Shown here in pieces: positions 8,131-15,549 of a stretch of DNA of 35,920 bases; position 1 is the first letter of the stretch, and each line of letters starts with the position of its first letter. This DNA comes from an uncultured Candidatus Saccharibacteria bacterium. GTDB taxonomy: Bacteria > Patescibacteriota > Minisyncoccia > Phycocordibacterales > DATDWN01. Both the position numbers and the translations under genes were made by a program. The notes beneath the pieces were generated by a model that worked only from the letters and a program-made list of their open reading frames with translations, searched no databases and had not been told where the DNA came from. The DNA lies in assembly GCA_964551495.1 (NCBI GenBank), contig CAZKCA010000006.1, forward strand, positions 1 through 35,920, given 5' to 3'.

Positions 8131-8163
8131 ACCGGCGCTTGAAAGGAGCGCCGGTTTTTTTAT
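8131..8163 (+). terminator. Intrinsic terminator
   Basis: ACCGGCGCT / AGCGCCGGT 9-bp stem followed by a T8 run. Confidence 0.8.
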
Positions 8164-8189
8164 TGCTTCATTTTTAAATTCAAAGGGTG

Positions 8190-9368
8190 TTAAGGTAAAA
8201 ATTGTTTTAACCACATCAAAACTTTTTTCCAAACATCAGAAGTTTTTTGTCTATTTCCCAAAGTATCTTTTCCTTCGTCAGAAAATCCTAAAACACAAAG
8301 TCCGTAAGCTACTGCCCAAGTAGAATCTTTTACTCTGCTTTTTTCCGGTAAGTTTAGCTCGGCTTTTTTTGAAGGAATTTTTAGGGCGGCTTTTGCCAAG
8401 TCTTCTATCGTTCCTATATTTCCACCTCCTCCTGTTATTATTATTCCGGCAGGTAAAAGCCCATTTCTTCCGAGTTTTTTCAAATGGTTTTCAATCAGTT
8501 CAAACATATCAGAAAGTCTAGCGTTTATTATTTCTTCCAATTTTTTCTTTGGATAGTTTTGGCTTCCCATAGATCCTATTTTTATATTCTCGGCTTCTTC
8601 CAAAGGAATTTTTAGTCCCAAAGCAATATCATTTGTAATATCGTTTGAGCCAATAGGGAAAACTTCTAGCGATATAGGAATATTATTTTCATAAACAACA
8701 ATTGAAATAGTTTCAGCTCCTATGTTGGCCAAAACACAGCCAGCAATTTTTTGTGTTTTTGTGAGAGTAACAAAACTAGCTGCGATAGGGGAAGCCATTA
8801 CGTCTATTACATAAATCCCCGCGTCATCCAAAGCTTGCATCAGATCGTTTAGATGGGGTTCTAAACAAGTAACAAAAAGAGTTTTAACTTCAAGTTTTAC
8901 ACCTTTGAGTCCCAATGGTGTTTTTGCTGGAACAGACTTTCCATCTATTTTGTATGATACAGGTATAGCATGAAGTATTTTTCTGTTTTGTATGAGAGTA
9001 GAAGGAATATCTTGTTCACACACCTCGTTTACTTTATCTATATCAAGAGAAGTTATTTCTAGATCTGCACGACTAGTCATTATTGTGCCGGTAGAGGTAA
9101 TACCAGAAAGACCAATTCCTCCTATAGAAATAAAAGCTTTTCTTATTTTTATACCGGAAGTTTTTTCGGCTTGAGATATGGCTGTTTTTATACTTGAGGT
9201 GACATCTTCTGTGTTGAGTATGTAGCCGTGTCGCATTCCTTTTGACTCAGCTATTCCAGTTCCAATGATGCGAGGAATTGATTTTCCTCCGTTTTTAATT
9301 AGTTCGGCTACTACCACTTTTACTTGGTAAGTACCAATATCTATACCAACTGTAATGTTGTGCATCAT
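8190..9368 (-). CDS. ftsA: Cell division protein FtsA (actin-like ATPase)
   Basis: VGIDIGTYQVKVVVAE phosphate-1 motif and IIITGGGGNIG adenosine motif. Located immediately upstream of ftsZ. Confidence 0.9.
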   Translation of the reverse strand: MMHNITVGIDIGTYQVKVVVAELIKNGGKSIPRIIGTGIAESKGMRHGYILNTEDVTSSIKTAISQAEKTSGIKIRKAFISIGGIGLSGITSTGTIMTSRADLEITSLDIDKVNEVCEQDIPSTLIQNRKILHAIPVSYKIDGKSVPAKTPLGLKGVKLEVKTLFVTCLEPHLNDLMQALDDAGIYVIDVMASPIAASFVTLTKTQKIAGCVLANIGAETISIVVYENNIPISLEVFPIGSNDITNDIALGLKIPLEEAENIKIGSMGSQNYPKKKLEEIINARLSDMFELIENHLKKLGRNGLLPAGIIITGGGGNIGTIEDLAKAALKIPSKKAELNLPEKSRVKDSTWAVAYGLCVLGFSDEGKDTLGNRQKTSDVWKKVLMWLKQFLP

Positions 9369-9406
9369 TTGTAATATTTGTAAGTAGAGGTTTTTAGAAG
9401 TACAAA

Positions 9407-9799
9407 CTAAATACCAAATTGCTTACGCAATTTTTCCTCTGCTTTATCCATTCTACTACCATGATCGAATCCTTTCAAATGCATCAAACCGTGGATAAAT
9501 AAAAATGCTACAAAGTTTTTGAAATTTCTTTCAAATTGCTTTGCTTCTTTTTTTGCTTTTTCTAGTGTTATAAAAATTTCACCTTCGTTTTTATTTAAAG
9601 TAAAACTTAGTATGTTTGTTGGCTTGTCTTTTCCTCTATAGGTTTTATTTAAAATTCTTGATCTTTTTTCTCCTATAAAAACCAAACTTAAATTGTAGTT
9701 TTTACCTAAAGCGGCTTCTTTTATCTTATCAAAAGGCACGCCAGAGAGCGTGCTTTTTGTTTTATTTGTGATTTCAAAATTGTTTACAATTTTTGACAT
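9407..9799 (-). CDS. ybeY: rRNA maturation endoribonuclease YbeY
   Basis: HGLMHLKGFDH zinc motif, 130 aa. Confidence 0.9.
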   Translation of the reverse strand: MSKIVNNFEITNKTKSTLSGVPFDKIKEAALGKNYNLSLVFIGEKRSRILNKTYRGKDKPTNILSFTLNKNEGEIFITLEKAKKEAKQFERNFKNFVAFLFIHGLMHLKGFDHGSRMDKAEEKLRKQFGI

Positions 9800-10041
9800 T
9801 ATTTTCTTCTACTGAAATCTACCATTTTGCCCATTTTTATCATTTCTGTTACTTCTTCTCTTCTTCTTAAAGATTTAAGAGCTTTTTTCTTTTTTACATA
9901 TTCAGAGGCTTTTCTTCCTGAGTATCTTATACTTCTGACACGAGGTAAAACACCAGAACCCTGGACTCTTTTAGTGAATCTGCGTATTAAATTAAGGTTA
10001 TTTTCATTACCTGTCTTTGTTACTTCTACATTTATTGTCAT
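9799..10041 (-). CDS. rpsU: 30S ribosomal protein S21
   Basis: Small basic protein. The LIRRFTKRVQGSGVLPRVRS...KKKKALKSLRRRE pattern is typical of S21. Confidence 0.8.
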   Translation of the reverse strand: MTINVEVTKTGNENNLNLIRRFTKRVQGSGVLPRVRSIRYSGRKASEYVKKKKALKSLRRREEVTEMIKMGKMVDFSRRK

Positions 10042-10078
10042 GGGGGATACTATAACACAGAAGATTTTTCAATTCAAG

Positions 10079-11257
10079 CTATTTGGTGGTTTTTTCTAGT
10101 TTAGTCAAAAAAGCCGGCAAATCCTTTATATCTACTGTTTCTTGTTCTCTTGTGGTTATGTTTCTAACCACTACTGTGTTATCTATAGCTTCCTTTTGTC
10201 CAACTATCAAAACATGGCTTGCGTGGTTATATTCGGCTCCAGTTAATTGTCCTGTGATTTTGTCCTTGGTTAATGAATGGTAAACAGGTATTTTGTTTCT
10301 TCTTAAAATTTCAACAATATTTAGAGCCTTTAGTTTTGCTGTATTTCCTAGTTGAACTAGATAAAAACTTGGTTTTTTTATGTTTTTTACAAGGATCTTT
10401 TTTGGGGCCTTTTTACTTTTTATTATCAGAGTACATCCTATACACGATAATTCCTTTTTTAGTCCTATTTTCTTTGCCAAGCTATTATATCTGTATCCAT
10501 AAGCAAGAAGTGTTCCTTCTTTATCTTTTTTGCTATCAAAATCTCTAATTTCAAATATGGTATGAGATGAATAAAGTTTGTTTCCGACTAATTGAGATTT
10601 TATTTTGTAAGGTATTTCAAAAGCCTCTAAGTATTCTAATGTTTCTTTAAAATAATTTTTACTAAAATCAGATAGGTAGGCGATTGACTGAGGAAGACCT
10701 TCTGGCATAGGTCCCATTTCTCTCGCTATAGAATAAATATTTTTTTTACCCTCAGATTTTATTTTTGTAGGTAGATTCGGTAGATTTTTTCTAAAATATG
10801 AGTTTAGTTCTTTTTCAAATTTAGAAACAGATTCTTTGTCGCCTATGCTGTTTATGTCTATATAGACATCTTTGTGACCAAGATCATAAAGCATAGATAG
10901 AGCTGTTTTTATACATAGAGCTTCGCTAGTATTTTTGTTTGACCCCATTATTTCAAGGCCGTATATATTTTCGTTTGGTTTTTTTCTTTGACCGCTTCCA
11001 GGAAATGGTTTTTTATAATGAATCATTATAGGTTGTTGTTCGGAGTATAAATTATTTTGGTCGTACCAATTTAAAAGAGATATTTTTTCTTCTATATCAT
11101 TGTATAGTTCATATTCTTTAAATTGTTTTGATTTTTTGTATACGTCTGGAGTTATGGTTGGAGTATTGATGATAGAAAATCCATATTGGATAGCAATTTC
11201 ACCTATTTTATCAGTCTCTGAAACCAATTCTTTATTTATTTTCTTATCTTTTTTCAT
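10079..11257 (-). CDS. Histidyl-tRNA synthetase-like (class II aaRS / HisZ-like) protein with divergent catalytic motifs
   Basis: C-terminal HGTP-type anticodon-binding domain (FYLVQLGNTAKLKALNIVEILRRNKIPV...HVLIVGQKEAIDNTVVVRNITTREQ). Positions equivalent to FRYERPQ and GGGRYD read IHYKKPF and YGYRYN. Confidence 0.55.
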   Translation of the reverse strand: MKKDKKINKELVSETDKIGEIAIQYGFSIINTPTITPDVYKKSKQFKEYELYNDIEEKISLLNWYDQNNLYSEQQPIMIHYKKPFPGSGQRKKPNENIYGLEIMGSNKNTSEALCIKTALSMLYDLGHKDVYIDINSIGDKESVSKFEKELNSYFRKNLPNLPTKIKSEGKKNIYSIAREMGPMPEGLPQSIAYLSDFSKNYFKETLEYLEAFEIPYKIKSQLVGNKLYSSHTIFEIRDFDSKKDKEGTLLAYGYRYNSLAKKIGLKKELSCIGCTLIIKSKKAPKKILVKNIKKPSFYLVQLGNTAKLKALNIVEILRRNKIPVYHSLTKDKITGQLTGAEYNHASHVLIVGQKEAIDNTVVVRNITTREQETVDIKDLPAFLTKLEKTTK

Positions 11258-11258
11258 A

Positions 11259-11894
11259 TTAGTTTATTTTTCCAGGCCAAAAACTTATTTTTTGAATAGG
11301 AAGAAGTCTAATAATAGGTTTGCCTATTATCTCTTCTTCTTTCAATGTCCCCCAAGATCTTGAGTCATAACTTTTTGGACGATTGTCTCCCATGACAAAA
11401 TATTCGTCTTTGCCAAGTATGACCGTAAAATCTGCCTGAGATTTGTTGACTATAAAAGTTTCGTCGAGTATCAAACCGTCAGGGTTTTCATCATTTATTA
11501 TTGTTATTTGAGAACCTTTCATTTTGACCGTTTCTTCAGGTAGACCTATTATTCTTTTTATTAGATTTCTTTGGCTATCTGTTTTAAAAGTTGGGTCTTT
11601 TAGATTGAAAACAATAACGTCGTTTCTTTTTAGATTTTTATTTTGGACGCTAATTTTTTCAACTATAAGATAGTCGCCAGATTCAAAAGTTGGACTCATT
11701 GATTCTCCGGAAACTACATAAGGTTCAGCGATAAAGTATCTAAAAGGTAGTACTATACCAAAGGCTATAATCGCAAATATAACAACTTCTTTTAAGATAG
11801 ATTTTAAGGTAGAAGATTTTTTTTCTTGGGGTACTATAGGAGCATTATTTTCCTCATTCATGGAGCTATTATACAGATAATGTTTTGTTGACAC
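11259..11894 (-). CDS. lepB: Signal peptidase I
   Basis: SGESMSPTF (catalytic Ser), KRIIGLPEE (Lys) and GDNRPKSYDSR boxes, with an N-terminal TM segment. Confidence 0.9.
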   Translation of the reverse strand: MSTKHYLYNSSMNEENNAPIVPQEKKSSTLKSILKEVVIFAIIAFGIVLPFRYFIAEPYVVSGESMSPTFESGDYLIVEKISVQNKNLKRNDVIVFNLKDPTFKTDSQRNLIKRIIGLPEETVKMKGSQITIINDENPDGLILDETFIVNKSQADFTVILGKDEYFVMGDNRPKSYDSRSWGTLKEEEIIGKPIIRLLPIQKISFWPGKIN

Positions 11895-11945
11895 AATAGG
11901 AGAAAGTGTAATGTAAAAAATAGTAAATAAAATCTTGTTGAGACT

Positions 11946-12030
11946 CTACATATTTGGAGACTTCGCAAGCGCGACGGCGCGAGACCGAGCAAAATTTCAG
12001 CAGAAATTTATGCGTGCTCCAAATATGTAG
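11946..12030 (+). repeat. Orphan member of the tRNA-tail element family, bounded by perfect 14-bp terminal inverted repeats
   Basis: ctacatatttggag (11946-11959) pairs with ctccaaatatgtag (12017-12030). The interior GCGC-GACG-GCGC hairpin and AAAATTTC-AGCAG-AAATTT hairpin match unit Lys-B (25706-25790). No tRNA is adjacent. Confidence 0.75.
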
Positions 12031-12084
12031 TGTTGAAAAAGAGATTTTATTCCAATTTTTCTATTTTTCATTTATAATTTGCCT

Positions 12085-12672
12085 ATGTCATACATATTTG
12101 TTGGGCTCGGAAATCCAGGAGAAGAATACGAAAATACACGTCATAATGCTGGTAGGATATTGCTTTCTTATTTTGCCAAGGAAAATGGTTTTGATTTTAC
12201 TTATGACAAAAAGATAAACTCCCAAGTTGCAAAAGGAAAAGTTGGTAAAAGTTCGGTTACACTTATTTTGCCAGATACTTTTATGAATAATTCGGGGAAA
12301 GCTTTGAAGGATGTGATCAAAAATCAGAAATCAGCAGAAAAATTATTGGTTATTTATGATGAGTTAGATCTTCCTTTTGGTAAAAATAAAATCTCTCACA
12401 ACAAATCTTCAGGAGGACACAGGGGATTGGAATCTATAATAAAATCTATAAAAACCAAAAATTTCGCAAGAATAAGGATTGGTATCTCTCCAGTGACTCC
12501 AACAGGCAAAATAAAAAAACCAGTAGGGGAAGAAAAAGTAATGAAATTTATTTTAGGAAAATTTAGTCCGGATGAATTAAAAGCTTTGAAAAAAATGTCC
12601 AAAGATATAAACGAAGCACTCGAAAATTTTGTAAACAATGGGTTAGAGATAGCGATGAATAAGTTTAATTAA
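12085..12672 (+). CDS. pth: Peptidyl-tRNA hydrolase
   Basis: IFVGLGNPGEEYENTRHNAG N-terminal signature. The ATG at 12085 is preferred over the TTG at 12079. Confidence 0.9.
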   Translation: MSYIFVGLGNPGEEYENTRHNAGRILLSYFAKENGFDFTYDKKINSQVAKGKVGKSSVTLILPDTFMNNSGKALKDVIKNQKSAEKLLVIYDELDLPFGKNKISHNKSSGGHRGLESIIKSIKTKNFARIRIGISPVTPTGKIKKPVGEEKVMKFILGKFSPDELKALKKMSKDINEALENFVNNGLEIAMNKFN

Positions 12673-12675
12673 AAA

Positions 12676-12700
12676 TAAAACCGCCAATTGGCGGTTTTAT
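12676..12700. terminator. Bidirectional intrinsic terminator between pth and rpsA
   Basis: AAAACCGCC-aatt-GGCGGTTTT with A-runs and T-runs on both sides. Confidence 0.8.
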
Positions 12701-12703
12701 TAT

Positions 12704-13852
12704 TTATTTCTCCTCTTCTTTTTTATTTGGATCTACGTAAGACAAGGTCATTTTTTGTTCTTTTGGTTCAAAGAGAGTTATCTTGAACTTGTAGTTTTTA
12801 CCAAGCTCAAGAGTATTTCTGATTTTTTCTTCACTTCCAAATTCTGAGATATGAACAAGTCCAGCCACACCTTCTTCGATAGAAGCTAATGCTCCATGTT
12901 TGTTGAATTTGATAATAACACCATCGACAATATCATCTTTCTTATATTTTTTCTCAGCTTCTCCCCAAGGGTTTTCTTTCAAAGCTTTTATAGAAAGTGA
13001 TATTTTGCCATCTTTAATTTCTATTATTTTGACTTTTATTTTCTCACCAATTCTAAATAGTAATTTTGGATTTTCCACTAATGCCCAGTCTATTTCTGAA
13101 ATATGAACAAGCCCCTCAAGTCCTTCTTCTAATTTTATAAATACTCCAAAATCAACCATTCCTGTTACTTCTCCTGTTACCACATCACCAACCTGGTATC
13201 TGTCGATAATATGATCTTTATTTTTTTGTTCTGGACTTTTTTCAGAGAAAATAAGCTTTCCTTCTTTTGGAGAAACTCCAATTATAGAAACTGCAATTTT
13301 CTGTCCAACAAGTTTTCTTAATTCCTCTAGAATTCTGTCTTTATCTCCATCTGCTACTCTTGGATAGTGTTCTGTTTTAAGTTGAGATGCAGGTAGAAAA
13401 CCAGAGATTCCTTGCCATGAAAGAAGTAGACCTCCTTTGTTTGCTTCTGAAACTGTAAGTTCGTATATTTTCTTTTCTTTTATTGCCTCTTCTGCTTCGC
13501 TCCAAATCAAAGCTTGTCTTGCTTCTTTCAGAGATATTTCAATGTAACCATCTTTGTTTGAGATACTTACAACTTTTCCAGCAACAGAGTCTCCGACATT
13601 TATCTTTTTGATAATGTCACGAGCATTTATAAATTCTCTACCATAAATAATACCTGTTCCAAATGGAGGTATATCTATGTAAACAGAAGATTTTTCAATA
13701 CCTATTACAGTACCTTCTATTACATCTTCTAATGAAGGTGGGTTAGGAATGTTAGGCAAAGCCTTACCCATAAATCCTTCTTTCTTTGATTTTGATTCAC
13801 CGTCTTCTTCGACTTGTAAATCTTTTTCTTCCAATTCTATTGTTTTAGTCAT
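12704..13852 (-). CDS. rpsA: 30S ribosomal protein S1 (four S1 domains)
   Basis: Repeated S1 OB-fold signatures (G.V.G.V....G.F(I/V)....EG(L)VHISE), 382 aa. Confidence 0.85.
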   Translation of the reverse strand: MTKTIELEEKDLQVEEDGESKSKKEGFMGKALPNIPNPPSLEDVIEGTVIGIEKSSVYIDIPPFGTGIIYGREFINARDIIKKINVGDSVAGKVVSISNKDGYIEISLKEARQALIWSEAEEAIKEKKIYELTVSEANKGGLLLSWQGISGFLPASQLKTEHYPRVADGDKDRILEELRKLVGQKIAVSIIGVSPKEGKLIFSEKSPEQKNKDHIIDRYQVGDVVTGEVTGMVDFGVFIKLEEGLEGLVHISEIDWALVENPKLLFRIGEKIKVKIIEIKDGKISLSIKALKENPWGEAEKKYKKDDIVDGVIIKFNKHGALASIEEGVAGLVHISEFGSEEKIRNTLELGKNYKFKITLFEPKEQKMTLSYVDPNKKEEEK

Positions 13853-13978
13853 TTTGTATATTGCTTCAGACGGCTTTCCTCGGAGTGCTTTCCACTTTGT
13901 GAGTGGATTAGGACTCTCTGCCTTTAAAAGGTGAGGGAAGTTTAGCGCCTGAAACTGTTAATAAATATACAGGCCTAT

Positions 13979-14006
13979 ATTATACATAATTTTAAAAGAA
14001 TGACAA
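13979..14006 (-). promoter_or_regulatory. Sigma70-like promoter for rpsA
   Basis: On the minus strand: TTGTCA, 16-nt spacer, TATAAT. This leaves a 5' leader of about 120 nt. Confidence 0.55.
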
Positions 14007-14011
14007 TCTTA

Positions 14012-14040
14012 TTGATTTTTTGGTTAACTTGTGATATAAT
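14012..14040 (+). promoter_or_regulatory. Sigma70-like promoter for the zinc-ribbon gene
   Basis: TTGATT, 17-nt spacer, TATAAT, followed by an AGGAGG RBS. Confidence 0.6.
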
Positions 14041-14060
14041 TGTATTTAGGAGGTGATATT

Positions 14061-14357
14061 TTGTCTGAATCTTCTGCAAAAAGAACCTTTTTTGATTATT
14101 ATAATAACCCTAGAAATTTCTGCCCAGTCTGCGATGATTTTAGACAAGATCTCTTTTGTACAACCTGTGGTACCCCTAACCGTAATTGTAATCAAAAAGA
14201 ATTTTTTAGAAGATTAAGTGTTAATTCTGTGGAAGAGGCTGAGTTTCTGTGTTCCGGTTCGAATGGAGATCCTGGTTGGCACACTTATGATCCGGAATTT
14301 CCAGAATCAAAGTATTGTCCAATATGTGGCTATGAAAAGGATCGGTTTAGGGTTTAA
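14061..14357 (+). CDS. Small zinc-ribbon protein (CxxC...CxxC plus a C-terminal CxxC)
   Basis: AGGAGG lies 7 nt before the TTG at 14061. Motifs CPVC...CTTC and CPIC. A long hairpin terminator follows at about 14366-14407. Confidence 0.55.
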   Translation: MSESSAKRTFFDYYNNPRNFCPVCDDFRQDLFCTTCGTPNRNCNQKEFFRRLSVNSVEEAEFLCSGSNGDPGWHTYDPEFPESKYCPICGYEKDRFRV

Positions 14358-14426
14358 TTTCTTATAAAAACCGTAAGTTCGAAACGAATTCTACGGTTTT
14401 ATTTTTTATGATATAATACATCCACT

Positions 14427-15068
14427 ATGATAATCACACACCATGGAGTAGATTTTTTTAAGGTTTCTTTTGGGGACATGACTTTGGCGGTCAATCCAAT
14501 CTCGAAAGATTCGAAATTTAAAAGTTCTCGCTTTGGGAGCGATATTACACTTATCTCTCTTATAAACTCTCCAGATCACAATGGTAGTGACAGTACTTCT
14601 AGGGGCGATAAAGAATCTTTCATTATCTCTGGTCCTGGTGAGTATGAAGTATCCGGGGTTTTTATAAAAGGTTTTGCTACTACTTCAAATTATGAAGGAA
14701 AGCAGTCTATAAATACTATTTACAAGATTACTCTTGAAGGAATGAATCTCTGTTTTCTAGGTGGAATGTCAGACGAAAAGATTCCTAAAGAAGTTACCGA
14801 AGAAATAGATGGTATAGATCTTTTGTTTGTTCCAATCGGTGGAGATGGTGTCTTGCCCGCTTCTTTGGCACACAAAATAGCTGTTCAGTTTGAACCAAAA
14901 ATAATTATTCCAAGTCACTTTGATGGAATAGGTGATGAAAAATCTCTAAAAACTTTTCTAAAAGAAGCGGGAGCCGAAAAAGCTGAAGAAGTTGATAAAT
15001 TAACACTAAAGAAAAAAGATTTGGAAGGAAAAGAAGGTGAAGTGATAATTATAAGTTCTTCTAATTAA
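14427..15068 (+). CDS. MBL-fold hydrolase-like protein (UPF0173-like) with a partly degenerate metal motif
   Basis: ITHHGVDFFKV...LAVNP and IDLLFVPIGGDGVL...IIPSHFD follow the UPF0173/Lactamase_B layout. The HxHxDH position reads INSPDHN. Confidence 0.55.
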   Translation: MIITHHGVDFFKVSFGDMTLAVNPISKDSKFKSSRFGSDITLISLINSPDHNGSDSTSRGDKESFIISGPGEYEVSGVFIKGFATTSNYEGKQSINTIYKITLEGMNLCFLGGMSDEKIPKEVTEEIDGIDLLFVPIGGDGVLPASLAHKIAVQFEPKIIIPSHFDGIGDEKSLKTFLKEAGAEKAEEVDKLTLKKKDLEGKEGEVIIISSSN

Positions 15069-15080
15069 TCAATCTTAAAT

Positions 15081-15500
15081 ATGTTTAAATATTTAGATTA
15101 TCTTAGAAAAAAACCTGATATCTATAAAAAAACTTTTGCTATAATGGTGTCCTTTTTTGTGGTGGGGGTTATGTTTGTTGTTTGGCTTTCTGTTATTTAT
15201 CCAGACATAAAAAATATAGGTCAGAAGAAAGCAAAAATAAAAGAAAACAACCCAACAGCTATCAGTGCTTTTATGGCCAATGTTTTTGAAGGTTTTGGTT
15301 CCATTCAAGAAAGTTTCGGTGAGCTTACTGGTTCTATGGATGATATAAATAATCTACTAGAAACCACTTATTATAATTCTTCTACAACAACAGAAAATTT
15401 TGTTGATCAAGGACTTTATTACGATCAAATTACATCTAGTACCACAGAAGAAGCGGTTTCTAGTTCTAGTTTAGAGAGCGATCTAGAGTCTAATTTTTAA
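15081..15500 (+). CDS. Hypothetical single-pass membrane protein
   Basis: One TM helix (FAIMVSFFVVGVMFVVWLSVIY) and a Ser/Thr-rich tail. Confidence 0.5.
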   Translation: MFKYLDYLRKKPDIYKKTFAIMVSFFVVGVMFVVWLSVIYPDIKNIGQKKAKIKENNPTAISAFMANVFEGFGSIQESFGELTGSMDDINNLLETTYYNSSTTTENFVDQGLYYDQITSSTTEEAVSSSSLESDLESNF

Positions 15501-15549
15501 TAAAATTTACTACCAAAAAAGTATTTAATATGCTATAATAGCGGTTAAT

